Below, piece after piece: positions 1 to 13,538 of a stretch of DNA of 64,000 nucleotides (positions are counted from its first letter, which is position 1; each line of letters begins with the position of its first letter). The stretch is from Eledone cirrhosa (lineage: Eukaryota): assembly GCA_964016885.1 (NCBI GenBank), contig OZ024751.1:32674001-32738000 (forward strand), read 5' to 3'. The notes beneath the pieces are model-generated. The model saw nothing but the letters and a program-made list of their open reading frames with translations. It did no database searches and was not told the DNA's origin. Made by a program: the position numbers and the translations under genes.

Positions 1-217
1 AAGTGTTGTAAGGAACCAGATGGACCATATAACTTCCGTCATTAAGGAATTCACAAGTTTGATGAGACACCGATTTCAGATGATTCGGGCAGGATCGATA
101 CCGATCTTTTCTTGAGCTGATTGATCGCGAAACGTGCGTCACACGTGAATAAACATAATGATGCTATATTGATACCTCGTACCTACTTATTATTATTAAT
201 ATTATTATTATTATTGA

Positions 218-370
<153 letters not shown>

Positions 371-845
371 AATATAAATATATATATATGTATATATATA
401 TATGTGTGGGGAGTCATTTTCCTCGAAACAGTACAAAGTGTACTTTGGTGAAGCAGTGTAGTGAGACGGTACTTTTGATCCAGTAAATCAATGAGATGTC
501 ACACTAAAGTTAAGTCTATTGTTTTTATAAGAATATTGGTTTAAAATTAGTTGCTATGTCTAGCATGCTATGCCAGCACGAATATCCTCCCGTGGGTGTC
601 ATATGAACGTAAAATCTGTGTGTGTGTGTGTGTGATGTGTATGTGTGAGGGTGTGTGTCTGTCTGTGTGTGTGTATGTGTGAATAAACAATTAACATTCT
701 GGATAGTGAGTTGTTGAGTTGCTGTGTGAAATCCCACGACAGATGTTCAGATATTTTCTCAACAGAAAGTAGCTGAATGTCGTGGCTATTTGATATATCT
801 GAGTCTATGAGACAAGATCAGTAACGTATAAGATGTTACTATATA

Positions 846-950
<105 letters not shown>

Positions 951-995
951 ATATATATATATATAAGATAACAAGATATCGTTTAAGGTAATCCA

Positions 996-1104
996 GTATT
1001 CTGACGATTTGGTCAGGTATCGAATGCAATTAAAGTCGAGTCACGTGACTTTTAACAATCAGCAACGTTTAGACACACCGGATTAATGAAACAATTGTTA
1101 ATAC
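996..1104 (+). ncRNA. Type I hammerhead ribozyme motif with long stem II insert
   Basis: Stem I gtatt/aatac; core CTGACGA (1001-1007); stem II ttggtcaggt...accggattaa; GAAA (1088-1091); palindromic caattg; GUU cleavage triplet. Confidence 0.75.
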
Positions 1105-1209
1105 ATTAAATAAACCCTATTGTACAGCCGGCCATGTTATTCCTCTGTAATTTATTTACATTATAATTAACTCTGAAGTCGAGAATCATTCGGTAAATAT
1201 ATATATATT

Positions 1210-1610
1210 TCGTTTCTGAATTTGTTTAGCAAGATTCTTTATCTGAAATCGTGTGTTGAAACCGATATTGTTATACTTTGGGAGGGTCATGTTGCCAATA
1301 AGAAACACACGCACCAGTTGCTTTCACTTCAATTTATTATAATAAATTTATAAATTTAGGAATTTATAAATTTCTGGTTGGTTGGTTGGTTCCACAACCA
1401 GATAGTTGTTTATATATTGTCAAAGTTCTTTCGTCACACATTCTGTGACCTCTTCAGTGACTGGGGATTCTTTTCTTTGTTTTTGTGCCTCTCCTTTGTT
1501 CTGTCCTACGCCATTTTGTTTCTGTGTGTGTGTTGTGTGCTCAGTCTGCGCATGCGCCACATCCGGGTGTCTGTGTGTGTTTATATTTGTTTATTTATTT
1601 ATTTATTTAA
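1210..1610 (-). mobile_element. Penelope-like terminal repeat fragment (family B)
   Basis: Near-identical to 15915-16310 and reverse-complementary to 17340-17605; carries a hammerhead motif. Confidence 0.65.
1419..1461 (-). ncRNA. Minimal hammerhead ribozyme motif
   Basis: Minus strand: gtca CTGAAGA ggtcaca-gaatg-tgtgac GAAA gaac TT tgac. Confidence 0.6.
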
Positions 1611-1963
1611 TTACTAAAATAACAGATTAAAGTTTAAGCAAAGAATCGGTGCTTTCACCCTTAACGGGATCTACTGAAACTAAAAAAATCAATCTGTGAA
1701 CGCAGAAGTAAATATTTCGAAAAACGTTGCAACCGAAAGAAGACAGGAAGACGATACTTTGGTTCGTGGAAACGTTCCCTGGCAAGGACCGGCGAATTAT
1801 ACGCAAAGACAAAACCACGTTTATGGTATAAATGAAGTCGTAGACTAAAATTCTATTTAGGAAACCGAATGATTCTCGACTTCAGAGTTAAGAATAATTA
1901 AGAATAATGTAAATAAATTACAGAGGAATAACATGGTCGGCTGTACAATAGGGTTTATTTAAT

Positions 1964-2055
1964 GTATTAACAATTGTTTCATTAATCTGGTGTGTCTAAA
2001 AGTCACGTGACTCGACTTTAATTGCATTCGATACCTGACCAAATCGTCAGAATAC
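1964..2055 (-). ncRNA. Type I hammerhead ribozyme motif (inverted copy of 996-1104)
   Basis: Minus strand: gtatt CTGACGA ... GAAA caattg TT aatac. Confidence 0.75.
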
Positions 2056-2083
2056 TGGATTACCTTAAACGATATCTTGTTAT

Positions 2084-2142
<59 letters not shown>

Positions 2143-2254
2143 TATATTGTAAGTACCGTTGAATACACCTGTAAAGTTGACCATCTTATACGTTACTGAT
2201 CTTGTCTCATAGACTCAGATACTGTGTCCCGATGCATCACTGATTCTTCGTTTT

Positions 2255-2333
<79 letters not shown>

Positions 2334-2425
2334 CATATATATAAACATGTATATAAACATATAAATATATATCCATATATACATATATATATAAATAAAC
2401 ACACACACACGGATGCACACACACG

Positions 2426-2494
<69 letters not shown>

Positions 2495-2689
2495 ACATAT
2501 ATAGTGGTAATTAGAGGTCGCACTAACACACCATGGTTCTTCATAGGGTTGTATATGAAAGCACATACGGTATATTTATATACAATAATCATACGAGAGT
2601 CTCGCTATGTATTTTAAAATCAATTTGTGATCAAGTTACAGTTACCTCCTAAGATAGCTGTAACATGATCACATTATCGTGTGTGTCCA

Positions 2690-3545
2690 AGGGCGGTGGA
2701 TTGAAAGTATCGGTAGAGGGTCGAACGCATAGAGTTACGCCCCTTTATGGTCTGAGTTCAAATCCCGCCGAGGTTAACTTTGCCGTTCATCCTTACGGGG
2801 TCGATAAAATAAAGAACCAGTAATACACTGGGATAATTGCTGTGCCAAAAGTAAAAACAATTATCGTGTTTGTCCACTCTGACGGATAGAATCTCTCTCA
2901 CATCATTCAGTGTAGGGAGATGCTTCTAATAATTCAGATTGCGTTGCTGCGATGCAGTCGAAAATTGGATGCATTATTATAGCGTGATTGGCAGTATCGG
3001 TAGAGGGTCGGACGCCATGCTTTGACGCATAGAGTTACATCCCTTGCCATTCTGAGTTCAAATTCCATCGAGGTTAACTTTGCCTTTCATCCTTACGGGG
3101 TCGATAAAATAAAGTACCAGTAATACACTGGGATAATTGCTGGCCTTGTGCCAAAAGTAGAAACAACTATTATAGCGTGTGTATTGGCAGTATCGGTAGA
3201 GGGTTGGACGCCATGCTTTGCAGCAAAGAGTTACGGCCCTTTATGGTCTGAGTTCAAATCCTGCCTTTCATCCTTACGGGGTCGATAAAATAAAGTTCCA
3301 GTAATACACTGGGATAATTGCTGGCCTTGTGCCAAAAGCAGAAAAATTATTATAGCCTGCGTGGCGGATTGGCTGTATCGGTAGAGGATCAGACGCTATG
3401 TTTTGACGCATAGAGTTACGCCCCTTTATGGTTTGATTTCAAATCCTGCCGAAGTTAACTTTGCCTTTAATCCTTACGGGGTCAATAAAATAAAGTACCA
3501 GTAATGTACTGAGTAATTGCCGGCCTTTTGCCAAAAGTAGAAACA
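2690..3545 (+). mobile_element. Four tandem copies of a tRNA-derived SINE
   Basis: Repeated head ggcggtggattggcagtatcggtagag...gagttcaaatcc (A/B-box-like), core aactttgcctttcatccttacggggtcgataaaataaagtaccagt, tail ggccttgtgccaaaagtagaaac. Confidence 0.85.
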
Positions 3546-3743
3546 ATTATTATAGCGTGTATGTGTATATATGTACGTGTGTGTGTGTGCGTGTGTGTGT
3601 ATTTGTGTGTATATGTTTGTGTGTGTGTTTAAACGTGCTTTTTCTTGTTTCTAGGAATGACTAGTGCATAAATCAAATCTCAGACAACTTGACTCAGTTC
3701 AAAGGTAAGCTCTTAAGATCTTGGCAGCATATAAAAACTGAAT

Positions 3744-3850
3744 CTTCTTCTTCTTCTTCTTCTTCTTCTTCTTCTTCTTCTTCTTCTTCTTCTTCTTCTT
3801 CTTCTTCTTCTTCTTCTTCTTCTTCTTCTATTGCTGCTGCTGCTGCTGCT
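3744..3850. repeat. (TTC)n then (GCT)n microsatellite
   Basis: Direct reading; source of the poly-S/E/R ORFs. Confidence 0.95.
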
Positions 3851-4606
3851 GTTGCTGGTGGTGTTACATCTGCCATAACATTCTACGTAATAACACACCA
3901 CAATTACACATCTTTAGTAAATGTACAATATATACAATTCACAACGTGACAAAGAAAAGTAGCATCCATTTGAGCATATATCATTTAGTAGCTCAGTACA
4001 AACCAGAATGTCTCGTGTCTTGGCGGCGGGGGCTCTACGACGTAACGAGGGGCCCATGAATTAAGGAGGGTGCCACAAACTATTGCCGGGGCTACAACCT
4101 ACCGAGTTATATAGACTTTATAACAATGTATTTGTCCATGTATGAATGTTATATCTATATGTGTGACAAAAGAAATTTCAATGAATCAATGTAAAATCAT
4201 TTCAAAATCTTTCAATTTCTAAATTTCATATGTAAGTATGATTCTGTAATTCCTGAAAGAGTCGTAGAGGCGCCATATTGACATACGGCGTTTCTTTGGT
4301 ATTTTAAGCCTGGCGAAGCCCAACCCTCTCCAGGCCTAATATAGTGTAATACAAATATCGCCTTGCAAACCCCACCTCTGATCAAACCTGCTACTATCGT
4401 TACAAACCTGCTACTATCGTTACAAAAGGTTTTCAACTCCCAATTACAAATATATTTACTTTCTTTGATAATTACTATTGTTACGACGTCTGTGCAAGAG
4501 TGTGCAAGTCACTAGTAGAACAAAGGGCCACGTCCATGTTGCTCATGTTTCAGAATCAAGCGATGGCATTCCTCGAAATCGAGTTGCAGCCATCATATAT
4601 ATATAT

Positions 4607-4860
4607 ATTTATTTATTAAAATAACAGAATAAAGTTTAAGCAAAGAATCGGTGCTTTCACCCTTAACGGGATCTTCTGAAACTAACAAAGGACTGTGTTA
4701 GTTTCAGAAGATCCCGTTAAGGGTGAAAGCAGCGATTCTTTGCTTAAACTTTAATCTGTTATTTTAATAAATATTTGTTCTACGGTTCTTATATATTTGA
4801 TATATATTTACCCTTATCGAGCCCTCTTTGGATTTTAGACTTCAAATTTATTATTATTAC
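4607..4860. repeat. Fold-back of Penelope-like terminal sequence (family A tail)
   Basis: 4607-4690 is the reverse complement of 4696-4772. The same sequence occurs at 1610-1690, 7310-7375 and 43310-43380. Confidence 0.85.
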
Positions 4861-4871
4861 TATATATATAC

Positions 4872-4912
<41 letters not shown>

Positions 4913-4962
4913 AAGAATGAAGAGTAACATAGTTGGCTGTACAACAGGGGGCTTTATTTCAG

Positions 4963-5073
4963 GTATTGACAATTGTTTCATTGATCAGGTGAGTCTAGAG
5001 GTCGCTAATCGCTTGAAGTTGCGTCACTCGATCTCCATTACATTATTTACCTCTGACCAACTCATCAGAATAC
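4963..5073 (-). ncRNA. Type I hammerhead ribozyme in the 3' terminus of the Penelope-like element
   Basis: Minus strand: gtatt CTGATGA gttggtcag...ctgatcaat GAAA caattg TC aatac (canonical GUC); lies just downstream of the GIY-YIG coding region. Confidence 0.82.
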
Positions 5074-5428
5074 GAAAATATAAAAATAATTCGCTCGAGG
5101 CAAGATATATATAGGGAGGAATAGCGTATAATCAAAACAATAACATCAATAATAAAATATATATAGTTCCATATTACAAAGTCCGCAGTGGGACATTCCG
5201 TTTTTGTAGGCCCTTGCTACCGATAATTTTGACCAGCTAATCCTATATTCCTGGTTTGTGTTTTTAAGCTGCCAGATTTTATTGCCGAGGGTCGTAGAGT
5301 TTTCAAGTCTACGGTTCTTCATGGAGTGTCTTAGGACGTACCATCTTTTCTTGAACTCCCCAGCCGTGGAACCTATGTAGTGCTAAGTAGAGTTGAATTT
5401 ACAGTACACAGGTACACCATATTCGATT

Positions 5429-6490
5429 TCAGGCATCTATTTTCAGTGGGCACTTATTCGGTAGGTGGCAATTACAGTCGGAGGCTTTTCTGTGTGCAGG
5501 TTCTCCGTTGCGGTTTTGTATGTTTTTGTGGGTAGGTTGAGATTTAAGCCTATTAGTGTTTTGTTGTGATGCGCTCTGATGTGTTTGTGGCTGCGATGTT
5601 GTTATGTGTTTGCGTTTTGTATTTGATGCTATTGGTAGGTTATTTTCTTCAGAGATATTTTTGTGGTTTATTTTACGTATGTGTGATTCTATGTTGGCTG
5701 CAGTAGAGTAAGATAGTTTTATAATTTTTCTATTAAAGATTCTATGGTATTTGTGTAGTTTAGGGAAGTGATTGTCTATTAGCTTAAAGAATGTAGAAGG
5801 TAGTTTAGTTTTTATAGAGGAGTTGAATATTGGATTGAACCATAGGTATTTTCTATCTCTGGATCTTCTATAGTTCTTATGGGTCCCTATATTAGTTTTC
5901 GGTTCAGTTACTTTTGGTGCTCGTTGTCTAATTCTATGCTTAGTCCTATGCTTGTTACTTCTATAGGTGAGGGTGGTGTAGTTGTCGTTAGGTTTATTGC
6001 TGCTGTCTCTATCTGGTATGTATTCCAGCCCATCTTTATGTCCTGTCTTATGTAAAGCTATGTTATAATAGTTTGCGTGTTCGTTAAAAATCTCTAGGCT
6101 AGAAGATAGGCGGGATATTCTGAGGGATATACTATGTGTTATGGAGTTAATTGTGGATCGCGGGTGGTTTGAATTATAACTAATGTAGGCTAGATTCTCG
6201 TTATTTTTATGGAAGGGCTCTATTAATCCTGTGTTTAGGTTGAGTGTTACATCTAAGAAATTTGCTTTTTTAGAGTTAAGTTCGAAAGTGATACCTAGGA
6301 CTAGTTTGTTGAAGAAGACTCCGATGTTTTTTCGTAATTTTTCCATGTTTTGATTATTTAAGTTTTTGGCTAAAAGGAGTGTGTCGTCCCTATAAATTCC
6401 TCCCTGGAGGTTATTGAATTCCTTATGTAAGTTGTGCGCTATATATATTCCCACCAAGTCCGTTACCTGCGCTGAGTCGTTAGATCCCAT
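5429..6490 (-). pseudogene. Penelope-like reverse transcriptase, C-terminal part (353 aa open segment)
   Basis: YRDD catalytic motif and PLE thumb motifs; bounded by frameshifts on both sides. Confidence 0.88.
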
Positions 6491-6662
6491 TGTGATATCG
6501 AAGCTATTCTGTCTGTGTTTTTCGTTCCCAGTAATTATTTTCGAATCTAGCAGCTAGTATTATCTTAATTTCGTCCGAGGTAAGGTCCGAATTTATCTGG
6601 ACAAAGGTTAGCGTTTTATCTAGGGTGACTAGAGATATGGATGAGTAGTATATATATGTATA

Positions 6663-6858
<196 letters not shown>

Positions 6859-7227
6859 AATGCACAGGCAAAAGATGTTTTGAACTCGGAGAAATCGGAG
6901 GAATGGGACAAGAATTCGAGTATATTAGATGTAGAAATATATAAGGTTAATAAAATGAAAGATGATATCAACAACAACAACAACAACAACACCAACAACG
7001 ACTAAGAGAAAGGATAATGATCACGATGACTGATATCATAATATGTATATCTGTGTGTATGCGTGGAGTATATGTGTATATATATATATGTGTGTATTTT
7101 TTATTACATATATATTCTACAAATAAGTATAAAGTTCGTATACAAATACACACAAACACTCATATATATACATATATTTATATTTACGCCTGCACACGTG
7201 TATATATAGTTGTGTGTCCCAAAGGAG

Positions 7228-7261
<34 letters not shown>

Positions 7262-7263
<2 letters not shown>

Positions 7264-7370
7264 GTAATAATAATAAAATTGAAGACTAAAATCCAAAGAG
7301 GGCTCGATAAGAAGATCCCGTTAAGGGTGAAAGCAGCGATTCTTTGCTTAAACTTTAATCTGTTATTTTA

Positions 7371-7420
<50 letters not shown>

Positions 7421-7585
7421 TTGCGAGGTTTTTTATATGAAATCGTGTGTCGAAACAAATATTGTTATACTTGGGGAGGGTCATATTTGTGTAATATTGC
7501 CAGAATTAATAACAGACCAAACAGTGAGTGTGTTCTGTTATTAATTCTGGCAATATTACACAAATATGACCCTCCCCAAGTATAT
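7262..7585. repeat. Two small fold-backs of Penelope-like termini (family A 7262-7378; family B-related 7447-7584) in (TA)n
   Basis: atacttggggagggtcatatttgtgtaatattgccagaattaataacaga is followed by its reverse complement. Confidence 0.8.
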
Positions 7586-7799
7586 ATATATATATATATA
7601 TAATGTAATGGAAACTAATGTAATGTAATATATGTCACTTCCATATGCCATATTTAATCTTGCTAGGCGGCACACTTCCATTACATTTGTCCTTCTAACG
7701 CGTTCAAATATCTTCAGGTTTGTATGGAGCTGAGCTAGCTAACATGCATACATACATACAAACATACATACACACATACATACATATTTATATATATAT

Positions 7800-7965
7800 A
7801 TCTATCTATCTATCTAAGGCGGGTAAAATTCCCGAGATCCATGGACGAGTTCTCTCCAGCGGTCTCTGTCCCTCATTATCACTGCCATGTCCTGCGTCTC
7901 CAACAGACCAGTGTCTGTCCTTAGGGCATCAACATACGTTAACCTTGGTCTTCCTCTTCTAGCTA
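7800..7965 (-). mobile_element. RTE/RTE-X LINE 3' end fragment with (TAGA)n tail
   Basis: RRGRPRLTYVDALRTDTGL...MRDRDRWRELV* is a typical RTE C-terminus. Confidence 0.75.
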
Positions 7966-8269
7966 ACACACACAAGAGAAGATCATCAAATAATAATAAG
8001 AATAATAACAATAGTGATAATGATAATAAGGTGAGGATAGTTTTAAGTATTTATAGAGAGAAGTAGGTGAATTGTATCAAAATATGATTTCTATCTCTCC
8101 AGCGAAATCACACGACCCATGGCAAAGAAAACCTCAAATGTCACTCTAATTGTTGCATGAAATGTTCTTCTGTTTGGAAAATATGTTTTAGTGCTTGTAA
8201 CTATTTATGTGGCTCTCTGATTATATATATATATGTGTGCGTGTGTGTGCGTGTGTGTGTAGGGAGAGA

Positions 8270-8313
8270 GTATGTATATAAATATATATACAGGTATTCA
8301 TATATATATATGC

Positions 8314-8388
<75 letters not shown>

Positions 8389-8391
8389 GTA

Positions 8392-8488
<97 letters not shown>

Positions 8489-8569
8489 TATATATATATA
8501 CTGTATATATATATATGTGTGTGTGTATTGTATATATATATATATATATATCGTATATATATATATATA

Positions 8570-8630
<61 letters not shown>

Positions 8631-8633
8631 GTA

Positions 8634-8698
<65 letters not shown>

Positions 8699-8822
8699 GT
8701 ATATATATATATATATATATAAAAATATACAGTATATATATATACTGTATATATATATATGTGTGTGTGTATTGTATATATATATATATATATATCGTAT
8801 ATATATATATATATGTATATAT

Positions 8823-8912
<90 letters not shown>

Positions 8913-8929
8913 TATATACATATATATAC

Positions 8930-9027
<98 letters not shown>

Positions 9028-9065
9028 ATGTATATATTCATATATATATATATTTATATATATAT
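8270..9065. repeat. Compound (TA)n satellite with a duplicated ~240 bp higher-order unit
   Basis: The interruption series taatatatgtattc / gtatgtatgtatg / cagta / ctgta / gtgtgtattg / tcgta occurs twice in the same order. Confidence 0.9.
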
Positions 9066-9602
9066 GCGCAAGTATGTATTCATTTACCTCATCTGTAGAC
9101 GACAACAGGTGAACGATTAGAAACCTCATGGAGAGAGTAGGGGTGGGGGCTCAAGTGACAGAAAGAGAGAAAGGTGGGAAAAGGAGAGACATAGAATGAG
9201 GGAGAGACTGAGAGAGTTAGGAGAGCTGAGAGACAGGGAGACAATAAGAGACAGAAAGAAAAAGAGAGTATATTCTAAAAGAATATACACAAAGCAAGAA
9301 AGAAAAAGAGAGTATATTCTAAAAGAATATACACAAAGCAAGAAAGAGAAACAGAAACAGACACAGCAGGAGGTAAGTATGAAGCATGGAGAAGGCAAAA
9401 GAAGGGGAGGTAAGTAGGGAGTATTGAGCAGAAAAATATAAGGTTGCTTAGTAAAAAAGTACAGAGGGAAGAAAGAAGGGAGAGGCAATTATTAATAAAT
9501 ATTTCTAGAATAAATAAACAAATGGTAGCAACATACAAGTGAACACTTACTAGCAAGTAATATCATTACCCTAGAATATATGTAGATAGGTGTGTGTATA
9601 TA

Positions 9603-9702
<100 letters not shown>

Positions 9703-9714
9703 CATATATATATA

Positions 9715-9776
<62 letters not shown>

Positions 9777-9798
9777 TATATGTATATATATATATATG

Positions 9799-9869
<71 letters not shown>

Positions 9870-9891
9870 GGAAAAAATGAAACGAAATTTC

Positions 9892-9925
<34 letters not shown>

Positions 9926-9947
9926 GGAAAAAATGAAACGAAATTTC

Positions 9948-9979
<32 letters not shown>

Positions 9980-10011
9980 TGGAAAATGTGTGTAATCCTT
10001 GGTACAGTTAG

Positions 10012-10380
10012 GTATATTAAGACAGGGGGGAAGAAATAAATGGCTTCACTTGTGCTTTCAACAAATTTATTTTCTTCACAAATCCAAAAAGAATTTTTTT
10101 CCGGATTAGGAAAAATTTTTTTTTATTATTTTTTATAAATTAAGTCGTTGGTTGTTGGTTAGGTCTTAGGAGTTCTTGGTTAACGTAGGGGGTATTGTTT
10201 CGTTTTTAGAAAGACCTTTCACGCTGAGGTGCGCTTGTCAAACTGATGTGTATGTGGTGTGTTGTTCTATATATAGGGATTTAACATGTTTGTGGTGCGG
10301 TGGGGGGTTTTTTGGTTTTTTTCTGTGAAGAAAATAAATTTGTTGAAAGCACAAGTGAAGCCATTTTTTCTTCCCCCTTG

Positions 10381-10390
<10 letters not shown>
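10012..10390. repeat. Inverted-repeat element (~70 bp arms) next to (TA)n
   Basis: aatggcttcacttgtgctttcaacaaatttattttcttcaca versus tgtgaagaaaataaatttgttgaaagcacaagtgaagccatt. Confidence 0.85.
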
Positions 10391-11340
<950 letters not shown>

Positions 11341-11681
11341 ATACTATATACCAGGAAACAAGACACAACGTATATTGTGAGTGACAGATCATCAGACAGT
11401 CACATTACCGTCATCTCTTATTTCAATGATAATGTCAAGATGTGACAAAAAAATCTGAGTATTTAAGTGTATTACTTGCTGGTACTTAGCCTCAAGTGCT
11501 TCCCTTCTCCCCCTCCTCTAATAACCTTCATTCTATGTTTAATAAAAATTATAATGTCACCTAAATCATTGTTTCAGTGTCGTAGACGTTATATTCTGAA
11601 AATGTTTCACGTATATTATTAAATAAATAAAATAGTATAAGAAAACATTACAGCAATACAACGGGAAGAAACACAATGATA

Positions 11682-11721
11682 TCACTGATGATGTCATGTG
11701 TGTGTGACGAAAGAACTCTGA
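11682..11721 (+). ncRNA. Minimal hammerhead ribozyme motif (family B-like)
   Basis: tca CTGATGA tgtcatg-tgt-gtgtgac GAAA gaac TC tga. Confidence 0.55.
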
Positions 11722-12084
11722 GAGACTATATTTATATCTATATTTTTAACTGTTGGTCAATCAGTGATAAACATTGATTACCTAGCTAGCTATCTGTCTA
11801 TCTATCTACCTTGGATGTTTAAATATAAACATATTCATTATTTCCAATGTTTTCTTCACTTTCGATGAACGATTTGTGTCCGAAACGCTATCGTCATTTC
11901 TATTTCTCTTAGCTTTTATTTTATTTTTCTTGTTTATGTCTTTGCTATCTATATCTGTCTATCTGAGAATTCACACAGGCACACACACACACACAAATAT
12001 ATATATATATTTGTGTGTGTGTGTGTACACAAATACGTACATACATGTATATTCAGCATTCTCATCACTATAACCGTTATAATA

Positions 12085-12420
12085 ATCATTATCACCAACC
12101 CCAACAACCACAACCTCATCCACTACCACCAGCATCTTCACCGCAAGTACAATCACCTCAACCACCTCAACCACCACCACCACCTTAATCACAGCCACTA
12201 CAACCACCATCATCAGCATCACCACCACTGCCACCTGGATCACCACCACCTTAATCACAGCCACAACAACCACCATCATCATCACCACCTACACTACCAC
12301 CCCCTGCACTACCACCCCCTGCACCACCCCCACGACCTTAATCACAGCCACTACAACCACCATCATCAGCACCACCTGCACTACCACCGCCACCTCGACC
12401 ACTACCACTACCACCTGCAT
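12085..12420. repeat. (CAC/CAT)n degenerate trinucleotide repeat
   Basis: Direct reading; source of the His-rich ORF. Confidence 0.9.
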
Positions 12421-12922
12421 TAGATATGTGCACGGATTGCAATATCAGTCCTTGCCAGATGACATCACAGATGACGTCAGAGATTGGCGGCTTAAGAAAT
12501 TCTTCCTTCCTCATCAGGGAATGGTGATCCCACACACTTTCACCCACATACACAGCCACACACTTTCATCCACATACACAGCCACACACTTTCATCCACA
12601 TACGCACACACAGTATTATCCCCACATACAGTCACTGACACCACCCCACCCACCACCCACACACACACACTTATCCACATATACCCACACATGTTTCGTC
12701 TTGATAATTATTCTCTTAGATGTGTGACTGGAGTTTGTTTGTCGCTGTTGCTTTGTTTGTTGTTGTTGTTGTCGTCGTCCTTGAAGTTGTTGATGCTGTC
12801 GTCCTTGGTGTTGTTGATGCTGGCACGTTGATGCCCTTGTCATTGTTCATGTTATCGTCGTCGTAGTTGTGGTTTGGATTTAGGTTCCTAGGGGGTGTCT
12901 GTGTCTGATATTCTGTGGGTGA

Positions 12923-12962
<40 letters not shown>

Positions 12963-13020
12963 GGGGGGGGGGGTATATATATATGAGAAGAAATTAAAAG
13001 ATGGTTAAAAAAATTCCATA

Positions 13021-13090
13021 TATTTTATTATGCGCATTTCGAAAATAACATCATCCTGGGACAAAAATTGTGTTCTCATCAGATAAAATA
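13021..13090 (-). ncRNA. Type I hammerhead ribozyme motif
   Basis: Minus strand: tattttat CTGATGA gaacac...ttttc GAAA tgcgca TA ataaaata (8-bp stem I, palindromic stem III). Confidence 0.75.
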
Positions 13091-13468
13091 AGGTAAGATG
13101 ATATGAGGCCTAAAAACACTTGTCAACAAGAAAGTGTCCAGATACTTATATGACAAAAATATAAGAGAAGAGAAAAAAATAGGAAAGATGAAGAAAAGGA
13201 AAGAAGGAAAAAGGAAAAAGAAATAGGAGAGAGGAAAAAAGAAAGAAAGAAGGAGGAGAGAGAAAGAGAAAGCGACAGAGAGAGACTTTTGATCAGGAAC
13301 GCTGCCAAAAATGAAAACAGCTGTAAATAACGGCTAAAAAAAAATAAATAAATTGATGAGGTGTATGTGCTAATGTTACAAATATTAGAGGTCTCTTATA
13401 TTTTTGTCATATGTAGACTGGACACTTTCTTGTTCACAAGTGTTTTTAGGCCTCATATCATGTTACCT

Positions 13469-13538
13469 TATTTTATCTGATGAGAACACAATTTTTATCC
13501 CAGGATGATGTTGTTTTCGAAATGCGCTTAATAAAATA
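13469..13538 (+). ncRNA. Type I hammerhead ribozyme motif (inverted partner; one stem III change)
   Basis: tattttat CTGATGA gaacac...gttttc GAAA tgcgct TA ataaaata. Confidence 0.68.

Larger units (their letters stand above)
4910..6650 (-). mobile_element. 5'-truncated, frameshifted Penelope-like retroelement (Naiad-like): RT, Cys linker, GIY-YIG endonuclease, ribozyme-bearing 3' end
   Basis: FDITMGSNDSAQVTDLVG, GIYRDD, NFLDVTLNL, SNHP (RT and thumb), WFNP, CNC..CPL. Shifted frames then give MVYLCTV...YIGSTAGEFKKRW...STTLGNKIWQLK...ISWS...CGLCNME (GIY-YIG, ~5165-5430). Confidence 0.9.

Noticed and set aside
55-165. Degenerate hammerhead-like pieces here and at ~11860-11900, 26710-26760, 29545-29620 and 58815-58845
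   Set aside because: Only a GAAA-stem III half or a broken core is present and stem I does not pair; possibly decayed copies, but not supportable.
4700-4740. Hammerhead in cagaagatcccgttaagggtgaaagcagcgattc (and copies)
   Set aside because: The core reads CAGAAGA, and there is no proper stem III-UH or stem I.
5429-5431. TGA ending the PLE ORF as a possible selenocysteine codon (some Naiads are reported to use Sec)
   Set aside because: The conserved CPL-x-x-x-C-L..VY continuation is in another frame, so this is a frameshift rather than in-frame read-through.
12455-12495. Promoter-like TGACGTCA plus ATTGG cluster
   Set aside because: Short motifs are expected by chance, and there is no associated gene or CpG island.
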